DNA of 64,000 nt, from NCBI GenBank assembly GCA_965226235.1, contig OZ245335.1, forward strand, positions 1,066,375 through 1,130,374, in the 5' to 3' direction. The stretch comes from Candidatus Oxydemutatoraceae bacterium (GTDB lineage: Bacteria; Pseudomonadota; Gammaproteobacteria; Poriferisulfidales; Oxydemutatoraceae). Made by a program: the position numbers and the translations under genes. Below the pieces are notes generated by a model. The model worked only from the letters and a program-made list of their open reading frames with translations. It did no database searches and was not told the DNA's origin. Positions 1-9,716 of this stretch are shown in pieces (within the stretch, counting starts at the first letter, position 1; the number at the start of each line of letters is the position of its first letter).

Positions 1-265
1 TGCCGCAATCAACGCACCAATGCAAGGCACCGCGGCAGACATTATGAAGCGAGCGATGGTAGCACTGCATGGCCGACTGAAACAATCCGATTGTGACGCA
101 CGGATCATCATGCAGGTCCACGACGAATTGCTGGTTGAAGTAGCGGAAAAAGATGTCCAGGAAGTAATCAGCCTCTGCGATTCCTGCATGAGTGGTGCCA
201 TGCAACTTCGGGTACCACTGGCCGTGGTCATAGGAGAAGGAAACAACTGGAGTGAAGCGCACTAG
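1..265 (+). CDS. polA: DNA polymerase I, C-terminal fragment (gene starts upstream of the window)
   Basis: C-terminal PolA-like sequence ...RIIMQVHDELLVEV...VPLAVVIGEGNNWSEAH ending in a stop at 263-265. Confidence 0.85.
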   Translation, partial: AAINAPMQGTAADIMKRAMVALHGRLKQSDCDARIIMQVHDELLVEVAEKDVQEVISLCDSCMSGAMQLRVPLAVVIGEGNNWSEAH

Positions 266-347
266 CCGCACCTGGGGTGACGGCTGAAAAGTTCTTTTGT
301 GATACTATCGCCAAGCTCGTCAGCTTCCATGGAACAACCTGCGCCAG

Positions 348-2213
348 ATGCTGAAAAAATCTATTCTACATAGACTTACACCTCCCCCCTTGGCCGAAGT
401 CATCTCCCGCGGCAGGGAGATTTACGGTGTTTTTGACCGACGCGGACAACACATGATATGGGCTCTATACGCAAACCATACCGTCTCCATGTTGTTGGGA
501 ACCCTGAAAGTTTTCGGGTTTGCTTCCTTGCTGATTATTTTGGCGAAGCCTCAAATGGTTTTGAAAAACCACTACATAGAGAAAATCCACGAGCTGTCCG
601 GCTTTAGCCAGGAGCCTTTCCTGATACTGATCAGCGGCGTTCTGGTGGTATTTATCATTGCTCAGCAAGCCATCAATCTAGCATGTCTGCTGCTTGACCT
701 GAGACTGACGCAGGGTCTGGTACGTCGCTGCAGCATTGCGATGTACAACCACTACATGAGCCAGCCCTACGAGGCCATGATCAAGTCGGGGGTAACGCTG
801 GCAATCGGCAAAAACATAAAAGTAACCGGCCAGGTGATTACAACCGAAATAACAAAAACCAAAACCCTTTTTAGCGTGCTGATCAACGGTACGCTGCTAA
901 CGATCGCCTTGCTTGTCATCGCTACTTTTGCAGCATCCGTAACACTGATATTTGTACTGCTGTTCCTAAGCTTCTTTTTCGTTCGTAATAGAAAAAAAGT
1001 GCGGCATTTAGGCGAAATGCAGCACAAAAAAAATATCCAAAACATAAAGATGCTGCGGGAAGGGGCCGCCGGTGCAACTGAACTTATGACAATGGGGAAA
1101 AAAACAGACTTTGTAAACAGGATCCAGGAGTTAATGGTCTCTCTGGTGAAGAACAAAGTGCAAATGAAGATACGCACGGAGATACCCAAGCTGTTGCTGT
1201 ACGCAACCAGCATCCTGTTGCTGTATGCGGCCGCGACAATCACAATTCTCAACGACGCCAGCCATGTTTTGCCTACGCTGGCCCTATTCGGGGCAGCAGC
1301 TTTCAGACTGCAGAATATGCTGCAGGGCTTATTCTCTGCGCTTATGACGCAAGAAGGCATCCGGTACAGTTATCAGGTCATTATCAAGGATCTGAAAGAG
1401 GCCAAAAAAATGCTGGACAAAGAAAAAGAACTGTCGGGGCAACCGTCGGCACTCATCCGGATCCGCAACGAGGTGACGTTCGAGTCGGTAAGCTATTCAT
1501 ATCCTGGCACCCAAGCCCCAGTGATCGATGAACTCAGCGTCTCGCTTCCAACAAAAAAAATCATCGTCCTGTCTGGAAAATCCGGCGCCGGGAAAACCAC
1601 GTTTGTTCGGCTTTTGAGCGGCTTGCTGATTCCACAAAAAGGAAGAATATTGATAGACGGGGAATCGCTGCACCAGGACGAAGCTTTCAAAAGAGCCTGG
1701 CAGAAGTCTTTTGGCATAACTTTCCAAAAGCCTTTTTTTATGGACTCGACGCTGGCAATGAATATCGCATTTGAAGCGGAAAAGAAAAAAATCGACTACG
1801 AACGGATACGCGAAGCCGTCAACCTGGCCCAGCTTGAAGAATTGGTCGCCGAACTTCCGAACGGGGTCGACACTGAACTGTTGGAAGATGCGGCGATTTT
1901 AAGCGGTGGCCAGCGACAGAGAGTGGCTATCGCGCGCTCCCTGTACAGAGGAGTGCCGGTTCTCGTACTCGACGAAGCGACCAATGCGATCGACCTCATG
2001 ACGGAAAGAGCGATCATATCCACTGTAAGCAAAACCAATAAAGACAAACTGGTCGTGATTATTTCTCACCGGATGGAAATCATGAAATTTGCGGATATGG
2101 TCCTGTTTATGAAAAAAGACAAATCGATCACACAAGGCAGCGTGGAGCAATTGCTTCAGCAGGACGAGGAATTCAGAAACATGATCAGTTCCACGACCGC
2201 GAAAGCGAGCTAG
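348..2213 (+). CDS. ABC transporter, fused permease/ATP-binding protein (exporter type); the true start may be an internal Met
   Basis: Hydrophobic N-terminal half, then Walker A LSGKSGAGKTT, ABC signature LSGGQRQRVAIARSL and Walker B VLVLDEAT. The gene is visibly more AT-rich than its flanks. Confidence 0.75.
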   Translation: MLKKSILHRLTPPPLAEVISRGREIYGVFDRRGQHMIWALYANHTVSMLLGTLKVFGFASLLIILAKPQMVLKNHYIEKIHELSGFSQEPFLILISGVLVVFIIAQQAINLACLLLDLRLTQGLVRRCSIAMYNHYMSQPYEAMIKSGVTLAIGKNIKVTGQVITTEITKTKTLFSVLINGTLLTIALLVIATFAASVTLIFVLLFLSFFFVRNRKKVRHLGEMQHKKNIQNIKMLREGAAGATELMTMGKKTDFVNRIQELMVSLVKNKVQMKIRTEIPKLLLYATSILLLYAAATITILNDASHVLPTLALFGAAAFRLQNMLQGLFSALMTQEGIRYSYQVIIKDLKEAKKMLDKEKELSGQPSALIRIRNEVTFESVSYSYPGTQAPVIDELSVSLPTKKIIVLSGKSGAGKTTFVRLLSGLLIPQKGRILIDGESLHQDEAFKRAWQKSFGITFQKPFFMDSTLAMNIAFEAEKKKIDYERIREAVNLAQLEELVAELPNGVDTELLEDAAILSGGQRQRVAIARSLYRGVPVLVLDEATNAIDLMTERAIISTVSKTNKDKLVVIISHRMEIMKFADMVLFMKKDKSITQGSVEQLLQQDEEFRNMISSTTAKAS

Positions 2214-2256
2214 GAGCCCAGGCATAAAACAAGCCTGACCCCAGTCATAGTGTTGT

Positions 2257-2276
2257 AGGGCGACGCATGCGTCGCC
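2257..2276. repeat. Perfect 20-bp palindrome GGGCGACGCATGCGTCGCCC (REP-like), with a second imperfect copy at 47996-48016
   Basis: Seen directly. It sits just after the ABC gene stop and has no following T-run, so it is not a classical terminator. Confidence 0.6.
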
Positions 2277-2357
2277 CTTGTACCCTCCCGGAATCAAAAG
2301 AATACATTACCGCTTTTGGCTAACACCGAGCGATCCTGATTTGATAAATCGGCGGCG

Positions 2358-3392
2358 TTGACCGATAATCCGGTTTTAATGCCAGACAGTTTTATCCCGG
2401 AAGAAAAATCCGCGCGTTGCGCCCGGCTTCAGTTCGATGAACACGGGCGCTTAAGGCACTTCCTGACCATGGAAGGCCTGTCGAAAAGCCTTGTTCTGCA
2501 ACTGCTTGACACAACAAGACTATTTGTCGCAGATAAGGGCGGGGTCAGGAAAGTCCCCTTGCTGAGGGGCAAAACCCTCGTCAGCTTTTTCTTTGAACCA
2601 AGCACCCGCACTCGATCGACGTTTGGGTTGGTCGCTCAAAAGCTGTCACTGGACATCATAGATTTTCACGTCGATACGGCAGCGACTCACAAAGGTGAAT
2701 CGCTGCTGGATACGCTGAAAACCATTCAGGCGATGGGGGCAGATATCTTCATCGTCAGGCACCCTGACAGCGGCGCGGCAGCTTTCATCGCCAGCCATGT
2801 CGCTGAAAACGTCTGCGTCATCAGCGCTGGAGACGGAAGGTATTCGCACCCGACCCAGGCACTCCTCGACATGTACACGATCCGCGAATACAAGCCGGAG
2901 TTTTCTGCTTTAAGTGTGGCAATCGTAGGCGACATCATGCACTCACGCGTTGCCCGCTCGGAGATTACCGCCTTGAAAACTCTCGGCACCAGTGACATAC
3001 GCTTGATCGCTCCTCGCACCTTGATGCCCAAAGGTATTGAACAACTCGGTGTCAGCGCGTTTCAAAAACTGGAAGAAGGCTTGGAAGGCGTCGATGTGAT
3101 CATCATCCTGCGTCTGCAGAAAGAACGCATGCGAAGCTCATTTTTGCCCGGGGGAAAAGAATACTATTTCTGCTACGGCATCACCTCGGAAAAATTGAAA
3201 TACGCGAAACCCGACGCAATCGTCATGCACCCCGGCCCCATTAACAGAGGTGTCGAAATCAGCTCCAGAGTCGCCGATGGCGATCAATCCGTCATCCTCA
3301 ACCAGGTCAGCCACGGGGTCGCCGCAAGAATGGCCGTGCTGTCGCTACTGGCCGGCAACCGCTACGTGGAAGCAACACACAAGAAGGCGTAA
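2358..3392 (+). CDS. pyrB: Aspartate carbamoyltransferase catalytic subunit
   Basis: STRTR and HPTQ(A)LLD motifs, with strong similarity along the length to Pseudomonas PyrB. Confidence 0.9.
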   Translation: MTDNPVLMPDSFIPEEKSARCARLQFDEHGRLRHFLTMEGLSKSLVLQLLDTTRLFVADKGGVRKVPLLRGKTLVSFFFEPSTRTRSTFGLVAQKLSLDIIDFHVDTAATHKGESLLDTLKTIQAMGADIFIVRHPDSGAAAFIASHVAENVCVISAGDGRYSHPTQALLDMYTIREYKPEFSALSVAIVGDIMHSRVARSEITALKTLGTSDIRLIAPRTLMPKGIEQLGVSAFQKLEEGLEGVDVIIILRLQKERMRSSFLPGGKEYYFCYGITSEKLKYAKPDAIVMHPGPINRGVEISSRVADGDQSVILNQVSHGVAARMAVLSLLAGNRYVEATHKKA

Positions 3393-3402
3393 AAGGCAAC
3401 TG

Positions 3403-4674
3403 ATGGCCACTTTGATCAAGCAAGCGCGGGTCATTGACCCAGCCAACGATCTCGATGAGATCTGCGACTTGTTGATCGAGGCAGAGCAGATCAAGGAAAT
3501 CGGACGGATTCCCGGGTCGCGTGGCGACGACTCGATCGACGCCGAAGGACTGCTGGTGCTACCTGGATTGATCGACATCGGTGTGTATCTACGGGAACCG
3601 GGCTACGAATTCAAAGCGACGATCGCTTCCGAGGTCGCGGCAGCGGCAGCGGGCGGTATTACTACCCTGTGCGCCATGCCGGAGTTTCATCCTGGAGTTG
3701 CGACCTCGGCAACCGCCAACCTGGTGCGCCAGCGGGCGGAATCCGTTGGAAAGTGCGAGGTACTGGTCATCGGCGCAATAACCGTTGGTCTTGAAGGAGC
3801 CGTGCTGAGCGAAATGGCTGCATTGAAAAAAGCGGGCTGCATCGCGGTCAGCAACGCGCAACGACCCTTTTCGAACGTGAATTTCCTGCGCTGTGCCTTG
3901 CAATACGCGGCAGGCCTCGACATGTTGGTGTTCCTGGCGCCGATAGACCACGCGTTGGTGGCCAATGGCTGCGCGCACGAAGGACCGGTCGCGACCCGGT
4001 TGGGGTTGCCGGGCATCCCGGTCTCTGCCGAAACGGCAGCGCTTGCACAGTATCTGGCGCTGGCCGAAGATACCGGCGCGAGAATCCATTTTTGTCGTTT
4101 GTCCTGCGCGCGGTCGGTAGAGATGATCAAACAGGCACAGGCAAGAGACCTGAGGGTAACGGCCGATGTCTGCGCGCACCAATTGTTCCTGACCGAAAGC
4201 GACGTCGCCGGGTTCGATCCCAATTACCGACTATTGCCACCGGCGCGCGGAGCAGAAGATCGGGTAGCCTTGCGAACGGCCCTTGCCCAGGGCAACGTAG
4301 AAATCGTCTGCTCTGACCATCAACCCCATGATACGAACGCAAAACTTGCGCCATTTCCCGTCAGCGCCCCCGGCATTTCGTCTTTGGAAACCTTGCTGCC
4401 ACTGATGCTGGAGCTGGCGGATCGGCATGCGATCCCTCTGGCAACGATCATCGCATCCATGACATGCAACCCGGCACGCTTGCTGTGCATCGACCGTGGC
4501 AATCTATCCATCGGCGCAGTTGCCAATCTTTGCCTGGTCGACCCCGATCAGCAGTGGGAGTTGCAGCGAGAATCGATGCTAAGCAAAGGAAAAAACACAC
4601 CGTTCGCGGGGAAACGATTCAAAGGCAGGGTGTGCAGAACGATACAAAACGGTGTGACCGTGTACGAGGATTGA
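3403..4674 (+). CDS. pyrC': Dihydroorotase-like protein (PyrC'-type, probably non-catalytic; no HxH zinc motif seen)
   Basis: An internal Met (MATLIKQARVIDPAND...) lies 11 nt after the pyrB stop. Amidohydrolase-like sequence, in the pyrB-pyrC' arrangement known from Pseudomonas. Confidence 0.75.
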   Translation: MATLIKQARVIDPANDLDEICDLLIEAEQIKEIGRIPGSRGDDSIDAEGLLVLPGLIDIGVYLREPGYEFKATIASEVAAAAAGGITTLCAMPEFHPGVATSATANLVRQRAESVGKCEVLVIGAITVGLEGAVLSEMAALKKAGCIAVSNAQRPFSNVNFLRCALQYAAGLDMLVFLAPIDHALVANGCAHEGPVATRLGLPGIPVSAETAALAQYLALAEDTGARIHFCRLSCARSVEMIKQAQARDLRVTADVCAHQLFLTESDVAGFDPNYRLLPPARGAEDRVALRTALAQGNVEIVCSDHQPHDTNAKLAPFPVSAPGISSLETLLPLMLELADRHAIPLATIIASMTCNPARLLCIDRGNLSIGAVANLCLVDPDQQWELQRESMLSKGKNTPFAGKRFKGRVCRTIQNGVTVYED

Positions 4675-4703
4675 CAGTGGCATATCGGCAGCCCACGGTC
4701 TTC

Positions 4704-5546
4704 ATGGAGCAAGCGACGATACTGCAGCGACGTGAATACCCGCACCAGCAAAGAACGCTGCGTCTGCACGCGCCACGTTGCGCGAAAACGGCAACACCCG
4801 GGCAGTTCGTGCATTTGCAGTGTGACCCAGGCTTAAAAATGCGCAGACCGTATTCGATCATGCTTGCATCCACGTCTCGCGGGTGGATAGAAATCCTGTA
4901 CCAGGTCGTCGGCCGAGGCAGCCAGTTGCTTGATAAAAAGCAGCAAGGAGAAGAACTAAGCCTCGTAGGCCCCATCGGTCATGGGTTTACAGTGCACAGC
5001 GAATACTCAAGACCATTACTGCTCGGTGGTGGCGTCGGCATTCCACCCGTGTTTTTCCTGGCAAAATCGCTCGAGCACCACACCGATTTTTTACCCTTGG
5101 CTCTCTTCGCTTCCGAGCGGGCTTTCCCCTTCCACGTATGTGAATCACGAATGGTCGTCGATGGGCTTGACGTAAAACGCTCCCTGACCCACGCTGAACT
5201 GGAATCCGCCGGAATACCCGCGCGACTGTGTAGCAGGCAACCTCGCCCGGGCTGCTTCAGCGGCTTCGCGCATGAAATCGCAGACGCCTGGCTGTCCGGG
5301 TTGACTGCCACGGATAGATCGCGGACGGAGATCTTTGCCTGCGGCCCTCACCCCATGCTCAAGGCGGTCGCTTCCCTGGCGATGAAATACAGGCTGCCGT
5401 GCCAACTGGCGCTGGAAGAATACATGGCTTGCGGGCTTGGCGGTTGCGCGGGGTGCGCTGTCGCTACAGTCGAAGATGGCCGTGTTTCCATGAAAAGAGT
5501 GTGCGTCGATGGCCCCGTGTTTGACGCCGCATCCTTGCGACTTTGA
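4704..5546 (+). CDS. PyrK-like FAD/NAD(P)-binding oxidoreductase with a C-terminal 2Fe-2S Cys cluster (dihydroorotate dehydrogenase electron-transfer-subunit-like)
   Basis: RPYSI FAD-binding-like motif and a C-terminal CGLGGCAGC...C motif. The start was chosen at MEQATILQ (the ORF-track frame runs upstream into pyrC'). Confidence 0.55.
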   Translation: MEQATILQRREYPHQQRTLRLHAPRCAKTATPGQFVHLQCDPGLKMRRPYSIMLASTSRGWIEILYQVVGRGSQLLDKKQQGEELSLVGPIGHGFTVHSEYSRPLLLGGGVGIPPVFFLAKSLEHHTDFLPLALFASERAFPFHVCESRMVVDGLDVKRSLTHAELESAGIPARLCSRQPRPGCFSGFAHEIADAWLSGLTATDRSRTEIFACGPHPMLKAVASLAMKYRLPCQLALEEYMACGLGGCAGCAVATVEDGRVSMKRVCVDGPVFDAASLRL

Positions 5547-6262
5547 ACCCCGGCGAGCCAACCGCGGATTCGGTAGCGACCGCCCTGAAACAGGTCAGGG
5601 CAAGGATCAAGACAGCCGCGGAGGCATGCGGGCGCGATGCCGATGAGATCAGACTCCTGGCTGTCAGCAAAGCCAAGCCGATCGCGATGATCATCGAAGC
5701 GGTCGCTGCGGAACAAATGGCGTTCGGTGAAAACTACGTGCAGGAAGCGTGCCACAAACTGGAAAGCATCGACGATCCCCGGATAGAATGGCACTTTATC
5801 GGGTCAATACAAAGTAATAAAACACGCCGTATCGCTGTCTCGTTCTCCTGGGTACACAGCATCGACCGGGAATCAACCCTGCGACACCTGTCCAGGCATC
5901 GCCTGGTCGGACTTCCGCCCATCAACGTGTGCGTGCAGATCAACCTTGATAGAGAAAAGACCAAATCAGGGGTCGCGCCAGAAAGTGCAGAACAGTTGCT
6001 TGACACTGCCAGCAGGTTGCCGGGGATAACCCCCAGGGGTCTGATGGTGATTCCCGCGCTCGCCAGTAGTATGGAATGTCAACGTCGAGTCTTTGCCACG
6101 GCAAAGAGCATTTTCGACCGGTACGCCAGCGCATACAGCCTTGACACGCTCTCCATGGGGATGAGCGGAGACTTTGAAGCAGCCATCGCGGAAGGAGCGA
6201 CGCTGGTCAGGTTGGGGACCGTTATCTTTGGGCGCCGGGTCCCAAAAAACAAGCCCGGCTGA
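5543..6262 (+). CDS. yggS: YggS-family PLP homeostasis protein (alanine-racemase-fold PLP-binding protein)
   Basis: LLAVSKAKP...FGENYVQE...WHFIGSIQSNK motifs typical of YggS/PLPHP. Confidence 0.85.
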   Translation: MNPGEPTADSVATALKQVRARIKTAAEACGRDADEIRLLAVSKAKPIAMIIEAVAAEQMAFGENYVQEACHKLESIDDPRIEWHFIGSIQSNKTRRIAVSFSWVHSIDRESTLRHLSRHRLVGLPPINVCVQINLDREKTKSGVAPESAEQLLDTASRLPGITPRGLMVIPALASSMECQRRVFATAKSIFDRYASAYSLDTLSMGMSGDFEAAIAEGATLVRLGTVIFGRRVPKNKPG

Positions 6263-6300
6263 TTTCCAGTAACCATGCCATTGAACATCTCCGCACGAAA

Positions 6301-7404
6301 ATGAAGGTCTTTATTATGGACACGTGGGCCTACCCCTACCGGCTTCCTGTTTTCGAGTTGATTCACCGGAAAGTGGAAATAGAAACTTTTTTCAGCCGAC
6401 CGCAATCTTTCGATCACCTGAACGAAATCGACTTTGAAAACTACTCTTTCAAGTGCTATTCGGGCAACTGGCTGTTCGCCTTGATACCGATCCATTTGCT
6501 GTGGAAAAAATACGACGTTTATATGGTCGGCCAGATCGGGATTGAATCGGTTATCGGCGCTTTTTTCACGCTGCTGGTATCGGCGTTGCGCAACAAGCCC
6601 CTGGTATTGTGGACCGATTACATCGAGACGGACACTTACAAGCGGATAAAAAAGATAAAGCGGCTGGCCGGAGACTTCATACGAGCCAACTTCGTCAGAC
6701 ACTGCGCTGCAGTGATCGGGTTTGGCTCATACACGGAACGCTATCTGAAAAAAATAGGCCCGGACAACTTGCGTGTTTTCAACATGGTGCAGGTGGTACC
6801 GGAGGTATGCAACCGATGGCCCGGAGACGTTGAAAAACCAAAGCAATACAAGGACAAGGTCGTGCTGCTTTACATGGGGTACCTGAGAGAAAACAAAGGT
6901 GTAGATTTCCTGATAGAGGTCTTCAGACAAATGAAACGCACCGACGCAATGCTGATCATTGCCGGCAGCGGCAAGGAAGAAGCCAAATGGAAAGCACTGG
7001 CCAAGGGATGCAAGGCAATCCAATTTGTTGGACACGTGGCAGATGAAGAAAAAGCACGCTGCTATTTGCAGGCGGACATCTTTGTACTGCCCACCGAACA
7101 CGATACCTGGGGATTGGTCGTCAACGAAGCAATGTACTATGGTCTGCCGGTAGTCGTAAGCGATGCAGCCGGTGCTTCAGATCTGATAACCGATAACGGT
7201 ATCGTGTTTGAATCAGGAAACCGGAAAGCATTGCAGGAAGTGCTGACGCGCTTGATCGAGGATAACGGGTTGAGGGAAAAAATGGGAGCAAACTCAAAAA
7301 GCCACATCGCCGAATACGGCAGTGAATACGCGGCGAACCAATTCCTGAAGGTGATTACTTACGTAAGCGAAAAACCGGCGGACGCGAGACCAGCCAATCG
7401 ATGA
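6301..7404 (+). CDS. Glycosyltransferase family 4 (GT1-type fold)
   Basis: C-terminal EAMYYGLPVVVSDAAGASDLI motif (E-x7-E type). Confidence 0.8.
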   Translation: MKVFIMDTWAYPYRLPVFELIHRKVEIETFFSRPQSFDHLNEIDFENYSFKCYSGNWLFALIPIHLLWKKYDVYMVGQIGIESVIGAFFTLLVSALRNKPLVLWTDYIETDTYKRIKKIKRLAGDFIRANFVRHCAAVIGFGSYTERYLKKIGPDNLRVFNMVQVVPEVCNRWPGDVEKPKQYKDKVVLLYMGYLRENKGVDFLIEVFRQMKRTDAMLIIAGSGKEEAKWKALAKGCKAIQFVGHVADEEKARCYLQADIFVLPTEHDTWGLVVNEAMYYGLPVVVSDAAGASDLITDNGIVFESGNRKALQEVLTRLIEDNGLREKMGANSKSHIAEYGSEYAANQFLKVITYVSEKPADARPANR

Positions 7405-9119
7405 TCAGCCTGGGCATACACGACGGGCATAACGCCACTGCCTGCCTGATAAAGGACGGGAAAATACTCGCCTGCGTCCCCGAAGAGCGTCTGACCAGAC
7501 AGAAAAACTGCTGTGGGATTCCGGTCAACGCGATCCGCGAATGCCTGGATGTCAGCGGCGTCAGCCCGGAAGAAATCAACGCCGTGGGCGTCGCCGGACT
7601 GATACCACCGGTCCACACCCTGCAGGAAATCACCAGCCCGAAAGGATTCAGGGGGATCTACAGCCACCTCTCCCCATTGCTTCCAAAATCCTTTCTGCGC
7701 TCCAGCAAGTGCGTGGATCTGGCGGTATCGATTCTGTCGAGGCTACGGGACAAAGAAGAAATCATGAAGGTCGTCAGGCAGACAGGCATCCAATCCGACG
7801 TCACTTTTTATGACCACCATACGCTGCACGCTCTGAGCGCTTACGGATGCTCTCCGTATTACCAGGAAGACGAAGATGTGCTGGTGCTTTCCTGCGACGG
7901 GGCCGGCGACGCCGTGTGCGCCACTGTAAACGTCGGCAGAAAGGGCAACATGAAACGCCTGCACAAAACCAGCCACTTCAATTCCCTTGGCGAGTTATAC
8001 GCCCGAACGACACAGTATCTTGGCATGGATCCGACTTCCGACGAATACAAGGTGATGGGACTTGCGGCCTATGCCAACCCGCGATACGCCGAACCGGCCT
8101 ACGACAAGATAAAGCACTGTATCAGCGTTGAAAAGGATGGATTCGGACTGCGAAACAACACCTCCTTCACCAAGTGGCGTTACCTGAAGTTTCTCGAGAA
8201 TACCTTCAAGGGCGACCGTTTCGACTGCGTCTCCTACGCGGTACAACGACTCACCGAAACCACGCTGGCAAACTGGGTCGGGAACGCCGTGCACAGAACC
8301 GGGCTCAAAAAGGTGGTCCTGTCGGGCGGCATCTTCATGAACGTAAAGGCAAATCACATTATCCTGTCGCTGCCGGAAATCGAAGAGTTGTGGGTGCTTC
8401 CCAGTTGCTCCGACGACTCCCTGTCGATCGGCGCAGCGATGCACGCAGCAATCGACCGCGGGGCGAATCGGTTCCACCCCCTCGAAACCCTGTACCTGGG
8501 CAGAAAATACAGCGCTGACGAAATCGAATCCTCCCTGAAAGATTGCCCGATAGCCCTTCAGGTGGAAAGAACCGACGACGTGGAAGTCAGGATCGGTAAG
8601 GAGCTGGCGCAAGGCAAAATCATCGCGAACTTTTCCGGACGCATGGAATGGGGATCCAGGGCACTGGGTAACCGTTCCATTCTCGCGGACCCTCGCGACA
8701 TGCGATCCATCAGCAGAATCAACAAAGCCATCAAGAAAAGAGAATTCTGGATGCCCTACTGCCCCAGCATCCTGGAAGAACGAGCCGACGATTATTTTAC
8801 GGCAATCAAAAACTACCGGGCACACTACATGGTCATGGCGTTTCCGACTTCAAGCCGCGCGCACGACGAAATCCCCGCCTGTATGCACGTCTATGACCGC
8901 ACGATCAGACCACAGCTCGTGTCAAAAGAATGGAACCCGAGGTATCACCGCGTAATCCGCTCCTTCGAAAACGAAACCGGCGTCGGATCGGTGCTGAATA
9001 CTTCCTTCAACCTGACCGGCTACCCCATCGTGCGCTCCCCCGAAGATGCACTCAGCGTATTCGCCGTGTCAGACCTCGACGCGGTCGTCATGGAAGACTT
9101 CTACGTCACAAAAAAATAG
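7401..9119 (+). CDS. Carbamoyltransferase (NodU/CmcH family)
   Basis: N-terminal ISLGIHDGHNATACL and family-wide similarity. It overlaps the upstream GT4 gene by 4 bp, so the two are likely an operon. Confidence 0.85.
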   Translation: MISLGIHDGHNATACLIKDGKILACVPEERLTRQKNCCGIPVNAIRECLDVSGVSPEEINAVGVAGLIPPVHTLQEITSPKGFRGIYSHLSPLLPKSFLRSSKCVDLAVSILSRLRDKEEIMKVVRQTGIQSDVTFYDHHTLHALSAYGCSPYYQEDEDVLVLSCDGAGDAVCATVNVGRKGNMKRLHKTSHFNSLGELYARTTQYLGMDPTSDEYKVMGLAAYANPRYAEPAYDKIKHCISVEKDGFGLRNNTSFTKWRYLKFLENTFKGDRFDCVSYAVQRLTETTLANWVGNAVHRTGLKKVVLSGGIFMNVKANHIILSLPEIEELWVLPSCSDDSLSIGAAMHAAIDRGANRFHPLETLYLGRKYSADEIESSLKDCPIALQVERTDDVEVRIGKELAQGKIIANFSGRMEWGSRALGNRSILADPRDMRSISRINKAIKKREFWMPYCPSILEERADDYFTAIKNYRAHYMVMAFPTSSRAHDEIPACMHVYDRTIRPQLVSKEWNPRYHRVIRSFENETGVGSVLNTSFNLTGYPIVRSPEDALSVFAVSDLDAVVMEDFYVTKK

Positions 9120-9564
9120 CGCCGCTGCCGATAAGAAAACTGCAGGCAAGCCGGCGCCGACAATGAAAATGGTGTTCGGCCATGCGTCTGCCATCACGAA
9201 AGCTGTTTCCAGTCTAGAAATCATCGGCGAATCGAGCTTTGCCCAGTGCTCTGCATGCATGGTCTGAAAAGGTTTCTCGCTTACAATCAAGGTCAGGCTC
9301 ACTAACCAAAGCTTGCATCGTATGACCCTGGAAAGACTGTATTTGTTGCATCAGATACTAACCCGGAAATTTCACCGATTTGTAATTTCGGCATAGATTC
9401 CCGTTGAGCAGCACTGATTTTTTGTCCTGGTACGTTCTCCATGCATCCGATCCCGTATCGGATGACTGTTATCGCCTGTCCGAGGGTATCCGGAGGGGTT
9501 GGCGCAGGCCAGCTACCTGGCGGATCCCGTGGGTTGTAAGGGCCATAAGCCCAAGATTTCTATT

Positions 9565-9573
9565 TGCTATAAT
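9565..9573 (+). promoter_or_regulatory. Extended -10 element TGcTATAAT on the plus strand. It could be the cas9-operon promoter, placing the anti-repeat in the cas9 5' leader.
   Basis: Perfect TGnTATAAT with no good -35. Comparable motifs are expected by chance at roughly this frequency in 64 kb. Confidence 0.3.
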
Positions 9574-9601
9574 AAAAAATGATCCCCCACTGGGAGGGAT
9601 C
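9571..9601 (-). terminator. Intrinsic terminator on the minus strand: stem-loop GATCCCTCCCAGTGGGGGATC followed by ATTTTTTATT
   Basis: An 8-bp GC-rich stem (one G-U pair), a 5-nt loop and a U-run, ~110 nt downstream of the predicted minus-strand start. Confidence 0.6.
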
Positions 9602-9680
9602 TGGTCGCATTGAAAGCGGCGCCTGCGAAGCCAATGGCTTCTTGGTATGAAAAGCCTGATAGGCCTTGGTCAGTTACACT
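9571..9680. ncRNA. tracrRNA: tracrRNA locus. The anti-repeat at 9658-9680 matches 23 nt of the CRISPR repeat with 1 mismatch, but the strand is unresolved. Minus strand: ~110-nt RNA with its own promoter and terminator. Plus strand: anti-repeat with canonical Cas9 geometry, but the tail overlaps the cas9 start.
   Basis: Plus strand 9658-9680 reads GATAGGCCTTGGTCAGTTACACT, the reverse complement of the first 23 nt of the repeat AGTGTAACTGACCAAGACCTATC apart from one mismatch. Promoter and terminator signals are listed as separate features. Confidence 0.55.
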
Positions 9681-9687
9681 GGCTGAG

Positions 9688-9716
9688 AATATAGCACGGG
9701 AGCGAGAGTGAGTCAA
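9688..9716 (-). promoter_or_regulatory. Sigma70-like promoter on the minus strand. The -35 TTGACT (9711-9716) and -10 TATATT (9688-9693) are separated by 17 bp, with the predicted start at 9680, the first base of the repeat-like segment. It overlaps the cas9 start codon in antisense.
   Basis: Hexamers and spacing read directly from the sequence. Confidence 0.5.

Noticed and set aside
9404-9613. 69-aa ORF in the cas9 upstream region
   Set aside because: It has no RBS or recognisable family and overlaps the predicted small-RNA terminator and promoter. The region is better explained as non-coding regulatory DNA.
9655-9707. Simply calling a canonical plus-strand tracrRNA from the anti-repeat
   Set aside because: This is not rejected as a possibility. 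It was not asserted as a standalone feature because the plus strand lacks a convincing promoter near the anti-repeat. It also has no terminator before the cas9 start 28 nt downstream, and no AAGG-type nexus is evident. It is reported instead as an explicit ambiguity.
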